A stretch of 64,000 nt of DNA from positions 1,056,001 to 1,120,000 of the forward strand of contig OZ240211.1 of assembly GCA_965197525.1 (NCBI GenBank), given 5' to 3'. A model generated the notes under the pieces. That model searched no databases, was not told the DNA's origin, and saw nothing but the letters and a program-made list of their open reading frames with translations. The translations under genes and the position numbers were made by a program. Each line of letters begins with the position of its first letter. The stretch's first letter is position 1. This document shows, piece after piece, positions 1-9,718 of the stretch. This DNA comes from Nitrosopumilus sp. (GTDB lineage Archaea > Thermoproteota > Nitrososphaeria > Nitrososphaerales > Nitrosopumilaceae).

Positions 1-77
1 TTAATTGCAAGGTAAGAGATTATCTTTCCCTTGCCTTCATCGCCAAAAAATCCCCCAACAACTACAGTTGATGTCAT
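1..77 (-). CDS. purA: Adenylosuccinate synthetase, 5' end (runs off window)
   Basis: Reverse strand from ATG at 77 reads [25 protein letters not shown]; GDEGKGK is the PurA P-loop. Too short for the ORF track. Confidence 0.9.
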   Translation of the reverse strand, partial: MTSTVVVGGFFGDEGKGKIISYLAI

Positions 78-155
78 ACTGTGGAATGACAATCTCGTTT
101 ATTTATTCTAAAGCGTTTTGAATGATTTTATATCCAACTAAATTCAAGTGAATCA

Positions 156-617
156 ATGTCAGATGAGAATTTTGCAGGAAACATCATAATTAACCTGGCC
201 AATCTGCCTGATTTTCTAAGAAACCCCATCTTAAAGAAGAGGATGGTAGAATTCTTTGCATTACCTGAGTCAGAGAAGATGGAGGTGATCAATAACGCAT
301 TAGAGGCGGGACCTACCATCCCGTTTCCAAACTTTGCAAAACTGTTCAAAACATGGCTTTTAATTTTAACAACGCTGTCTGCAGAGCAAAGATATGGATT
401 ATTTTCAGCATATATAACACAGGTAGCAAAGGCGCCTGAGAAGTTGATCAAATTTCACATAGACGGGATTCTTGGAATATTTTTAGAGTTAGAAGACAAT
501 GAAAGAGAGATTCTTGCAGATACAATCAAAAAGATAATAGATGATCTTGACGAGGACTCAAAGAGAAGAATCCTGATAGTTGTACCAGATAATGCTAAAA
601 AGCACTTGAGATTCTAG
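156..617 (+). CDS. Conserved thaumarchaeal hypothetical protein
   Basis: 153-aa ORF with normal composition, convergent with the next gene; no motif recognised. Confidence 0.75.
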   Translation: MSDENFAGNIIINLANLPDFLRNPILKKRMVEFFALPESEKMEVINNALEAGPTIPFPNFAKLFKTWLLILTTLSAEQRYGLFSAYITQVAKAPEKLIKFHIDGILGIFLELEDNEREILADTIKKIIDDLDEDSKRRILIVVPDNAKKHLRF

Positions 618-988
618 GCGTTGGTATTATTGCTACCGGCAGTATCAGTGTCTGTAGTGTCACTAGTGGCGGCATCTGTTGTTGCAGCAACGTCAGCTGC
701 AGTAGAGACGCCTGCGGGAGGTTCGTCAGGCTTTCTGTTATCCTCGTTTGTATAATCAATTATCTCACCTTCTGGAGATAACACACCTACAAAGATCTTT
801 TCGTGTTTTTTTAGTAATTTTCTATGATCAAGCATTGACATGTCTAATTTCATCTCATTCATCACCATTATTTGATACTCCTTCCACTCAGCCCAGCACT
901 TGTTACAGGTGGGATATTGGGCAGCAACAACGCCCAACTGCTCGTCATCGGGGATCGAATTTTTACATTTGGTACAAGTGCGGCTCAT
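614..988 (-). CDS. Fe(II)-trafficking / oxidative-damage protection protein (YggX-like) with Thr/Ala/Asp-rich tail
   Basis: MSRTC...CWAEWKEYQIMVMNEMKLDMSMLDHRKLL resembles YggX; ATG at 988 preferred over the TTG at 1000. Confidence 0.7.
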   Translation of the reverse strand: MSRTCTKCKNSIPDDEQLGVVAAQYPTCNKCWAEWKEYQIMVMNEMKLDMSMLDHRKLLKKHEKIFVGVLSPEGEIIDYTNEDNRKPDEPPAGVSTAADVAATTDAATSDTTDTDTAGSNNTNA

Positions 989-1185
989 AATGATTGACAA
1001 TAATAAACGCTTTTTATCTTTTTGTCAAACGTTAAAATCACCTTGATGGAATGGCTATCCGAGTATGATGCCTCACATGCGGCTGACAATAATCAACATG
1101 TAACGCTTGATGCTACTATCTAACAGAAGATTCGTAGATTCTAAGAAGAAATAACTAGAAGGTACAGTGATCGGATGCTGCGATT

Positions 1186-1235
1186 CATGGTATGGTATGG
1201 TACGGCACGGCACGGCACGGCATGGCACGGCATGA
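1186..1235. repeat. Degenerate pentanucleotide microsatellite, (YAYGG) x10
   Basis: catgg tatgg tatgg tacgg cacgg cacgg cacgg catgg cacgg catga, intergenic. Confidence 0.9.
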
Positions 1236-1301
1236 CAACATCTGACTAAATGTACGACCTGAGATGATCATAGGATTCGATACAAACTACGTGAAGATGT
1301 G

Positions 1302-3065
1302 TCAAGCCACTATAACACCCAGTCGAATCAGAAATTGTATTGTTTGTATGAAAACATCATCGTCATCTAGTGTACCGTCTGCCCACCATCCTGCATTGGT
1401 CCTAACCCAGTCAGGAATAGCAGATAAGTTTGAAGGAGATGAGGAAACATCAGTCTCAGGAATATGTATAATGTTATTCGCAATTAAAAATTGGATCCCC
1501 AAGATAAAGGCATCATCATCGAGCGTACCGTCGGCCCACCATCCTGCAGCAGTCTTAACCCAGTCAGGAATTGACGGTGCTAGTGTGTCTTGTGGCAGTA
1601 TTAAAGGAAAGCCATCACTAACTTTTAGAAACGCCGATCCTGTTCCAGAGTACTTTGACGTATAATCAAACCCAACGCCATATACTAGGACATCAACTCT
1701 AATTGTATCCGGGGATGGAATGTAGATGTTTTGAATATCTGACCCTTCAGCTGCTACAATTCCCAGAGTTATTGTACTGTCATCGTATCCATTTCGTGCT
1801 ATCTCTTGGCCGGATTCATCAAAGACCGTGTATGCATATCTTATATCGGTAATCGGTTCTCCATATTCATTGAAGAATGCAAATTCAAATGGGATCTCTT
1901 GATCCACACCATACGAACCATCATATGAAATAGTTACGTTGGTGGGAACCCGTTCAAAGTTTTCTGAATCGACAAGATAAAAATCAGCAGATATCATCTC
2001 AACTTCAACAAATGGAACAAATTTTAGATTCATTATCTTACTTTCATAGTTATCAGGGCCAAGAGATTCGTTGATTCTGTCTAATTCAGCGTTTGCTAAA
2101 AGAAGATGAAAAATATTAGTTACATCGTTGTTGTATGGATCAACTAGTAATGTTCTTTGACTAGTTTTTACACCATTCACATAGCCGTGGATCTGTTTGT
2201 CTTCAGCAAATGGCGCAAATGATTTTGGAACTCTGACCTCCTCACGAACTAGCCTGACTTTATCGATGTGACCTGGATCCCAATCAAATGGCATATCAAA
2301 ATTAATAGAGTTATCTGTTGTATCAAAATGGAAATTTTCAACATCATCATAATACGTCTTGACAACTATTGGTATTTCTTCTGCGTCTTCAGTTTGAATT
2401 AGAAAGTCATATTCCTGTGAGATAGTAACAAACACGTTGTAGCTTAATAATTCTGTAACCAGTGTACGAGGACTGTGCATACCATCGATATCTATCCTGA
2501 TGTTGTATAAACCACCTCTGTCAAATATCGGTCCTGTAATACTAGGCATTTTGCAGACATCAAGATTATCGTCATTGCATTGAATGCCAAACACGTAAAG
2601 TGCGCCCGGTGCTAAAGCATGTTCAGATCCGTCATAAATGGTGCATCGCCACAGATCAGATTCGTTACAGTCGGATTGAGGACTAATCTCGATGTATAAT
2701 TGACCATCATCATCGTAAAATAAACTTCTTGCAAGTAAGTCTTGGTTCTTCCAAATTTCGACACGATATGTCACTTGTTCCAAAGTTGTGTTAGTAAGAG
2801 TATCAAATAACCTAACCTTCAAAATAACGTCGTCAAAACTATCGACTGCAAGATAATCCGGGAAGGTACGAACGCTCACCGTGACTTCCATCCCATCATA
2901 ACTTATGGGTTCGGGAAGACTTATGTAATCTCCAGGGTGATGTCCAAAGGCTGCGGGAAAAACAACAGAGATTGCAAAAACGCCGATTGCAATAACGCCA
3001 AGCAGTCCAGACACATAACGCAATAGTAAAACTAGACAAAGATCATATTTAAGAATGGTATTCAA
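1302..3065 (-). CDS. Secreted/surface protein with two C-terminal IPxWV..AGWWA repeats (thaumarchaeal family often labelled 'peptidase')
   Basis: N-terminal hydrophobic signal; IPDWVKTAAGWWADGTLDDDAF and IPDWVRTNAGWWADGTLDDDDVF repeats typical of Nitrosopumilaceae. Confidence 0.75.
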   Translation of the reverse strand: MNTILKYDLCLVLLLRYVSGLLGVIAIGVFAISVVFPAAFGHHPGDYISLPEPISYDGMEVTVSVRTFPDYLAVDSFDDVILKVRLFDTLTNTTLEQVTYRVEIWKNQDLLARSLFYDDDGQLYIEISPQSDCNESDLWRCTIYDGSEHALAPGALYVFGIQCNDDNLDVCKMPSITGPIFDRGGLYNIRIDIDGMHSPRTLVTELLSYNVFVTISQEYDFLIQTEDAEEIPIVVKTYYDDVENFHFDTTDNSINFDMPFDWDPGHIDKVRLVREEVRVPKSFAPFAEDKQIHGYVNGVKTSQRTLLVDPYNNDVTNIFHLLLANAELDRINESLGPDNYESKIMNLKFVPFVEVEMISADFYLVDSENFERVPTNVTISYDGSYGVDQEIPFEFAFFNEYGEPITDIRYAYTVFDESGQEIARNGYDDSTITLGIVAAEGSDIQNIYIPSPDTIRVDVLVYGVGFDYTSKYSGTGSAFLKVSDGFPLILPQDTLAPSIPDWVKTAAGWWADGTLDDDAFILGIQFLIANNIIHIPETDVSSSPSNLSAIPDWVRTNAGWWADGTLDDDDVFIQTIQFLIRLGVIVA

Positions 3066-3501
3066 TTATTTGAGTTGACAATGTAGGACACACCGTCTAG
3101 GGCAACTTGGTCTTATCTTGTAGACCTGTCAAACTACAAAAAGATGAAAGCGAGTCAATGTGTGTCGAATCAGTATGAGCGTACATGCGCCAAAATGACT
3201 CTGTAACAAAATCCGCCTCACATAGATGAGTTCTTTCTGGTTCTAATCCACAAAGTACACCATTTCCTGGATTACTGTATTTTATTCATGTAGATGATAG
3301 ACGCACAATCACAATGTAAAGTAAGAACAAAACTGTGTAGTTTTTTAAAGTTCATTACGACAATAATGAAATTTACGCTCAAACTTGTATCTCTCATAAA
3401 ACATAGTAATGATTGGTCAATATCTTGTGCGTAGATACTAGCTTGCCTTAAAAAAACTACAGTTACAATAATAATAATAATTACTTGTGATATATGGTAG
3501 T

Positions 3502-3717
3502 ATGAAGATCAAGTGTCCAAAATGCAACGAGGATGCAGAGCTTGCAATGGATTACTCGGAAGTAAAATGCGGCTCTTGTGATTTGGATATGAGTTATGGG
3601 GAATATGTAAAATTTGTAGCCCATAATGAGCCAACATACTCGGATATTTTGGGAGATTATGCAGGAGGAGGTAGTACAGAGGGTCAGTCTACAGGTTCGT
3701 TAGATGAATGGGATTAG
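3502..3717 (+). CDS. Small zinc-ribbon protein
   Basis: CPKC...CGSC pairs; ATG at 3502. Confidence 0.7.
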   Translation: MKIKCPKCNEDAELAMDYSEVKCGSCDLDMSYGEYVKFVAHNEPTYSDILGDYAGGGSTEGQSTGSLDEWD

Positions 3718-3776
3718 TCTATAAACACATCGTCCATCAGGTTAAAATAATTAGTTCTACATATTTCTAAACGTCA

Positions 3777-4418
3777 TTGGAATTTTTACTAGAGAATATC
3801 CTCAACTTGGTCGGATTTGTAGTAGGATTAGCTATAGGAATAATGGCGCTGATTGGATTTAGAAATACCGGCAGCCCAACACTGTTTAGATTAACGATTG
3901 CGTTTTTTTCGATAAGTGCAGGATTTTGTGTTATTTGGATAGGATACGTGTTAGAAGACTTTGTGATACAATCAGGTAGCATTGAGAAATGGATTCAAAC
4001 TTTGGGGATTGTAATTCAGACAATAGGATATTTTTTCATTGCGTTTTCACACAGCATAAAATCATTCTTCCCAAAATCCAGCTACTTTAGATCGGTGGGA
4101 ATTCTTCCCTTGTTTCTTGTTTCTTCAGTGCAGTTGGAACACATATTCAGATCTGTGTCGTTTATTTTGCTAGCGTATGGCGCAATTGAAACAATGCTGT
4201 CATATATGGAGAATAGAAACAAGGGGGCAATTTCAGTAGCTGCCGGATTGGGACTTTTGGCATTAGGAGAATTTTTGGGATGGTACTCGTTTGTGTTCCC
4301 AGAGTCAGTCCTGTATTCTGCATCAATGATAATAAAGATAGCAGGATTGATAGCACTGTTCATACCAGTAAGCAAAGTGCCACTGACTAGGATAAAATTT
4401 GATGACGATCTAAAATAA
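3777..4418 (+). CDS. Multi-pass membrane protein (about 7 TM)
   Basis: 213 aa with repeated hydrophobic helices, directly upstream of a wHTH regulator. Confidence 0.75.
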   Translation: MEFLLENILNLVGFVVGLAIGIMALIGFRNTGSPTLFRLTIAFFSISAGFCVIWIGYVLEDFVIQSGSIEKWIQTLGIVIQTIGYFFIAFSHSIKSFFPKSSYFRSVGILPLFLVSSVQLEHIFRSVSFILLAYGAIETMLSYMENRNKGAISVAAGLGLLALGEFLGWYSFVFPESVLYSASMIIKIAGLIALFIPVSKVPLTRIKFDDDLK

Positions 4419-4540
4419 TTTTTAGATTAGGCTCAAATTTTAAAATAATGTAAGGTTTGTCAAATTCTTTTATCTTTTTTGTATATTGGAAAAGAGTATT
4501 CACCTAACAAAGAAATTTTCACAACATGATAATGGTGTAA

Positions 4541-4828
4541 ATGGCAGAATATAGAACACATATGCAAATTATTGGCGATATCCTGACTACCACAAAGGAT
4601 GACCTAAGAGATGAAGAGGGTGCCACAGTTACTTTTCTTATCAGAAAAGCAAATATTTCACACTCTAGAATTTCAAGAATCTTAAAGACACTAGTTTCAC
4701 AAGGACTGTTAGAACGAAGAGAGAATCAGGGATCAAACAAATACAAGATCAGCCAGTCAGGTAGAGAGTTTTTACAAGCATACTATGCGTTTACACAATT
4801 TGCAAACAACTTTGGATTAAGCATCTAA
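4541..4828 (+). CDS. Winged-helix transcriptional regulator (HTH_45-like)
   Basis: YRTHMQIIGDIL...KANISHSRISRILKTL...YKISQSGREFL pattern; paralogue at 18612. Confidence 0.85.
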   Translation: MAEYRTHMQIIGDILTTTKDDLRDEEGATVTFLIRKANISHSRISRILKTLVSQGLLERRENQGSNKYKISQSGREFLQAYYAFTQFANNFGLSI

Positions 4829-5629
4829 AGACAAAGTTAACAGATAATAGAATAATGAATAGTGAATGATAGTGATTATAGTGAATCATGATAGTGATCA
4901 ATCGTCATCATCGTAAAAGGGAGCATCTTAACCATCATCATCATCATCTAGATTGTCATCAAAGTCATCTTCAAAATCATTATCCAGATAGTCAGGTAGC
5001 GACATATTATGTCAATAGCTGCGATACTGTAAAAACTTTGTTAAACAAAAATAAGGCATAGAGATAAAAATTTCAAATAAATGTATGGGTGGTGATATTA
5101 CTCAGTCAAAATTGTGTAGGTGTTTTATACAAAAAGCAGTTAGAAGATTGACGCCAAAGATATGTAACAGCAATAGTGACATGATCAGCAAAATATAATG
5201 TAATGTAAGCGAATGCAAAATCATAAAGGCAGTGCTGCATGATTTTGTACGTGTTGTATGACTAATACGCATTGCACATATTACTAAACTAATTTGCAGT
5301 GTGCGTTCATAGAAAAAATCCATATGCATCAAAGAACTTTCCTATCAAAAGACACAGCTGTGGTTTAAGAGAACCTTCATGTTTGAGAAAACATGCGATT
5401 ATCAAAACTTGTCAGGGTATAATTTAACAAAGAAAGCACATCTGAGTTGAATCTCATAACTGATTTTGATTAGAGAAAGAGGAAGAGAGATGATGGTGCC
5501 ATTTACAGCACAAAAGACACCCTTGTTTTCAGCATTGTTTTTTGAACAAACCAGCACATCTACGATTTGCACTACATTTTAAAGACTAGCCTCAAAAAAG
5601 CAATAAATTACTATGAAAACGATGTAAAC

Positions 5630-7001
5630 TAGTTTGTTTCATAACATGCCACAGTTCTGACCCGATTGTATAGCATCTAGCCCATACTTTCATCATACCA
5701 TTGAGATCACCCTCTGAGTTATGTCTACGAACTGGTTGTAGCGCTGGATCTTTAACGCTATCTCTTGAATAATGTTATCCATTGTTTTTGCCCTTACCGA
5801 ACTTCCAAATATTCTCTTGAACGCAGAGAAGAATATCTCCACCTGCCATCGGGAACCGTATTCCGCACGTTTTTTCCACTCGTTTTGGTTTTCCGCACGT
5901 TCCTTGATATCCATCTCATGGAATTTGGCAAGGCTTGTAGTGCCGCCACCCAGCTGGTCAAGCGCTGCAATACCGCGTTCCCTGCTTATCCCCATTGCCT
6001 TGTATTCTGCATTGCGTCTTATCCTGATGATAGGTGTAATGCCGTACTCTTTGCATATCTGAAAATTCTCCCTGCTGTCATATCCTGCATCTGCCTTGAT
6101 CTTAATTTTAACATGATCTGGCGGTGGCCCAGTACCTGCAGCCATTACTGTTGCGCGTCGTACATCTGGATCTATTCCCTTGTTCCTCAGTGCCTGTCTT
6201 ATCAGGGGCTCGAACTGTGGGGAATCACCAATCTTTTCGTCAGTTACCGTGAATCCAAGCACCCGCATGGTGTCCTGCTGTATCATGACACTGAGTCTTA
6301 TGAAACCTGACTTGGTCTTTATCTTGTATTTGTATCGTATGTAGTCGCCTTTGGCAGACGGGGACATGCCTGTTCCATCTATGATGATCTGCAACACACT
6401 GTCTTTGCTCCTGACGGTTATGGTTCTGTCTGTAATGGATGTATCAAGACTCTTCGTTCTTCTCCACAGGGTAACGTGATCAGGTGCGTTTTCCTCACCC
6501 AGTGCAGCTATTGCCATTCCTTCCACACATCTGAATGCAATGCCCAGCTGTAGACGTATTCCGATTATGGCCATTATCAGGCACTCTGGATAGATGAACG
6601 GATGACCGTTTTTGCCTGCATTCATCCGTTTAAGTTCATCTACCATGTTGTCAGGAAGAACCAAATGTATCATCTTTCCTCGTTCCACATATCTTGCATC
6701 ATTTTGCGCATGGCTCATGTGTAGCCGCGATTTTTGTTTGGTTCTGGTACCATCATGCGTCATACCCGTCTACCTCCAGAACGCAGCACATAACTAATTT
6801 CGATTAACTTGCTGGAGAAAAGAAACTCACACGTAACATTAAATTGTCTTCCTGTGAAATATGGTTGGTGCGGATATCCTTTCACGCTTGTCGTTGTAGA
6901 TGCTGAAAGGACCATTAGCTCCAGATCTTTAAATGCAGTGGCAGTTAATCTGCAACTTGAATATCTATGACACTGTTTGTGGCAGGTTATGAAACAAACT
7001 A
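5630..7001 (-). mobile_element. IS5-family insertion sequence (element A), apparently intact
   Basis: 24-bp terminal IRs tagtttgtttcataacatgccaca (5630-5653) and tgtggcaggttatgaaacaaacta (6978-7001), 1 mismatch; flanked by 8-bp ATGTAAAC at 5622-5629 and 7002-7009. Confidence 0.92.
5693..6763 (-). CDS. IS5-family DDE transposase
   Basis: IIIDGTG, KADAGYDS and RWQVEIFFSAFK motifs; uninterrupted 356 aa. Confidence 0.92.
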   Translation of the reverse strand: MTHDGTRTKQKSRLHMSHAQNDARYVERGKMIHLVLPDNMVDELKRMNAGKNGHPFIYPECLIMAIIGIRLQLGIAFRCVEGMAIAALGEENAPDHVTLWRRTKSLDTSITDRTITVRSKDSVLQIIIDGTGMSPSAKGDYIRYKYKIKTKSGFIRLSVMIQQDTMRVLGFTVTDEKIGDSPQFEPLIRQALRNKGIDPDVRRATVMAAGTGPPPDHVKIKIKADAGYDSRENFQICKEYGITPIIRIRRNAEYKAMGISRERGIAALDQLGGGTTSLAKFHEMDIKERAENQNEWKKRAEYGSRWQVEIFFSAFKRIFGSSVRAKTMDNIIQEIALKIQRYNQFVDITQRVISMV

Positions 7002-7009
7002 ATGTAAAC

Positions 7010-8434
7010 AACTCTGTTTCCTAAGTTACATGCAACACAGGCCACCATCCGAGTGATTTTGCTTATGTCATTGCCTTTCCTCCTACACTGCGGTCTTTGT
7101 GGCGGGTTTTAGACTGATACACTATCTTTGGTGTGCCGTTCCGTTCTCAATTGCCGTATCGATCATCTGATTGTACAAACACACCTTTCCGTATATCTCC
7201 GTCTTGACGTTTTCCCACTTTCGTGCCATTATAGACTCCCCTAATACCCGCTTGAACGTAGAGAACGCAGTCTCTACTGTCCACCTGTCGTTGTATCCTG
7301 ATTCCCTGCGCCACATATTCTGCCGTTCCTTCTTTTCCTTGCGCGTAAGATCTGCAAACTTGTGTTCTGACTTTTTATCTATACCACTGATTCCGGTTCG
7401 CATTAATTTTGCTGGAAACGCAAACGGATGCATGTCTCTTTTTATCTATATGCTCAAAACTGCCAAGCTGCTCGAACCCAGCCTTTTTGCGGGACATGCA
7501 TCCGTTTGCGTTTCCAGCAAAATTAATGCGAACCGGAATCAGTGGTTTAATCTCGTTTTTGTTGCAGTAGTTGTAAATATCTCGTGTATCATACGCACCA
7601 TCGGCACCTTGGTATCAGTAGATGTCTCCACGTTTGATGATTTTTCTGCGTTTGCAAAAGCTTGTTCCACTAGTTCTTCAAACTGTGGGGAATCTCCACA
7701 CTTGTCGTCAGTTATGACCACTGCATAGATCTTCTTGGTTTTAGCATCTACACCGACATGCAGTTTTATGAATCCGCGCCTCACTCCCCACTTTTCTGCC
7801 ATCCAGTCGCCGCGGTTTGTAGGCTTGAGCCCGGTTGAATCAAACGCAAACAAGCTTATCTCGGTTCTCGTTTTGCCGTCTGTAAACCATGCAGCAGTAG
7901 TGTTACCGCTACCGTTGTCATCTATTGTACAGTTGAGTTTTGTCATCTTTTCTGAAATGCCGAGTATGTAGGCGCATTTTCCTTGCCGACGATTGCCTCT
8001 GCCACACCCTCCAACTGTCTGTACGGGATACCTGTGGCGTTTCGGAACAGAACAGCTGCTGCAACGCATGCGTCTGAGAATGTAAACGGGTGGCCTACCT
8101 TTCCACAGTTCATCTTATCAAGCCCCTGCACCATGAGCTCCTCGTTTATCTGAAGCATAAACAACTTGCCGCGATCTATGTATTTGCGGTTATCATACTG
8201 GAGTCTGCATTCGTTTGAACTGTAAGATTTTTTAGTACCATGCTTGCCTAGTTTGTCTGGAGAGGATGTGTTTTTGGTCATGATTGATAGTCTGATTGAC
8301 AACGCACCTCTCTGTTCAATACAGTTTTCTATTGAAAGTGTTTGATACAACGTTCAAATTCAGTTGTTCTATGCCTAATCTGATCTGATTTTGGATTAGT
8401 TAGGCGTGGTTGATGATAATTAGGAAACAGAGTT
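7010..8434 (-). mobile_element. IS5-family insertion sequence (element B), transposase broken
   Basis: Perfect 15-bp IRs aactctgtttcctaa (7010-7024) and ttaggaaacagagtt (8420-8434); flanked by ATGTAAAC at 7002-7009 and 8435-8442. Confidence 0.92.
7122..8281 (-). pseudogene. IS5-family transposase, frameshifted into three pieces
   Basis: Fragments 7943-8281, 7539-8069 (FDSTG, RGFIKLH) and 7122-7433 (RWTVETAFSTFK) are colinear with the element A transposase. Confidence 0.88.
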
Positions 8435-8449
8435 ATGTAAACAGCACAC

Positions 8450-8479
8450 TTATAAAGTAAAGTACCGTACTATACGGTA
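8450..8479 (+). promoter_or_regulatory. Likely radA TATA box and palindrome over a leaderless start
   Basis: TTATAAA at 8450-8456; perfect inverted repeat TACCGTA-cta-TACGGTA at 8463-8479 ending on the A of the ATG. Confidence 0.5.
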
Positions 8480-9636
8480 TGGTAGAAGATTTAAGGCTTG
8501 ATAGTTTGGAGGGCGTAGGTCCTGTAACTACAAGAAAACTATCTGATGCAGGCATCCATAACGTAATGGATCTCATCGTAAGAGGTCCTGTTGAAATTTC
8601 AGAGATAACTGGAATGGAAAAGGACACAGCTGAGAAAATTGTCAATAAAGCTCGTCAACACCTAGTTGAAGGAGGATTGATTGGCAAAGATTTTGTCAGT
8701 GCAAGTGAGATCTACAAACAGCGACAAAATATCGGTAAAATTACAACCGGTACAAACTGTCTGGATACGTTATTTGATGGCGGCATAGAGACCCAAGCAT
8801 TAACAGAAGTTTATGGAGAGTTTGGTTGTGGTAAAACTCAATTTGCTCATACATTATCTGTAATGGTTCAAAAAAGCAAAGAAGAAGGAGGTCTTGATGG
8901 TGGCGTGTTATACATTGACACTGAGAATACTTTCAGACCTGAAAGAATCGTATCCATTGCCCAAGCACACGAGATGGAACCAGAAAAGGTTTTAGATAGA
9001 ATCATAGTTGCTCGTGCATATAACAGTGCACATCAGACATTGATTTTAGAAGAAGCGGGATCAATAATTGAGGAGAACAATGTAAAACTAATTGTAGCCG
9101 ATTCTGCAGTTGGTTTATTCCGTTCTGAATATCTTGGAAGAGGTACGTTGTCAGTTAGACAACAAAAGTTAAACCACTTTGTTCATCTGCTGTCAAGAAT
9201 TGCAGAGACATACAACTGTGCTGCAGTTGCAACAAACCAAGTTATGGCATCACCTGATGTGTTTTTTGGAGACCCAACAAGACCTATCGGTGGAAATGTA
9301 GTTGCGCATACTAGCACCTATAGAATCTACTTTAAGAAATCAGGTAAGAAGAGAATCGCCAGAATGGTTGACAGTCCTCATCATCCCGAAGAAGAAGTAA
9401 TCTTTGCACTAGGTGAAGCAGGTGTTATTGATCCTGAAGACGCAGATAAGAAACCAAAAAAGAGCGCAGCAGTTAAGAAAACAGCTGCTAAAAAGACAAA
9501 GACATCAAAAGAAGAGAAAGAAGTAACAGCAGAGACACCAGAAGTTGAGGTTACGCCAGAGACACCAGAAGTTGAGGTTACGCCAGATAGCAGCAGCGAT
9601 GCTGAATCTGACGATTTAGAACCAGTAAAAGAATAA
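8479..9636 (+). CDS. radA: DNA repair and recombination protein RadA with a charged C-terminal tail
   Basis: N-terminal HhH (GVGPVT), Walker A GEFGCGKT, YIDTENTFRPERI, IARMVDSP; tail has a 27-bp tandem duplication at 9530-9587. Confidence 0.97.
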   Translation: MVEDLRLDSLEGVGPVTTRKLSDAGIHNVMDLIVRGPVEISEITGMEKDTAEKIVNKARQHLVEGGLIGKDFVSASEIYKQRQNIGKITTGTNCLDTLFDGGIETQALTEVYGEFGCGKTQFAHTLSVMVQKSKEEGGLDGGVLYIDTENTFRPERIVSIAQAHEMEPEKVLDRIIVARAYNSAHQTLILEEAGSIIEENNVKLIVADSAVGLFRSEYLGRGTLSVRQQKLNHFVHLLSRIAETYNCAAVATNQVMASPDVFFGDPTRPIGGNVVAHTSTYRIYFKKSGKKRIARMVDSPHHPEEEVIFALGEAGVIDPEDADKKPKKSAAVKKTAAKKTKTSKEEKEVTAETPEVEVTPETPEVEVTPDSSSDAESDDLEPVKE

Positions 9637-9718
9637 ACCCTTCTCTTTTTCTCTTATTTTTTTTATTTTTGTAGTATTGATTAAATTATAATAACATTTG
9701 AAAACTTACCAATACATC

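Noticed and set aside
5102-5332. 76-aa ORF as a real gene
   Set aside because: AT-rich intergenic DNA with no motif or coding-like composition.
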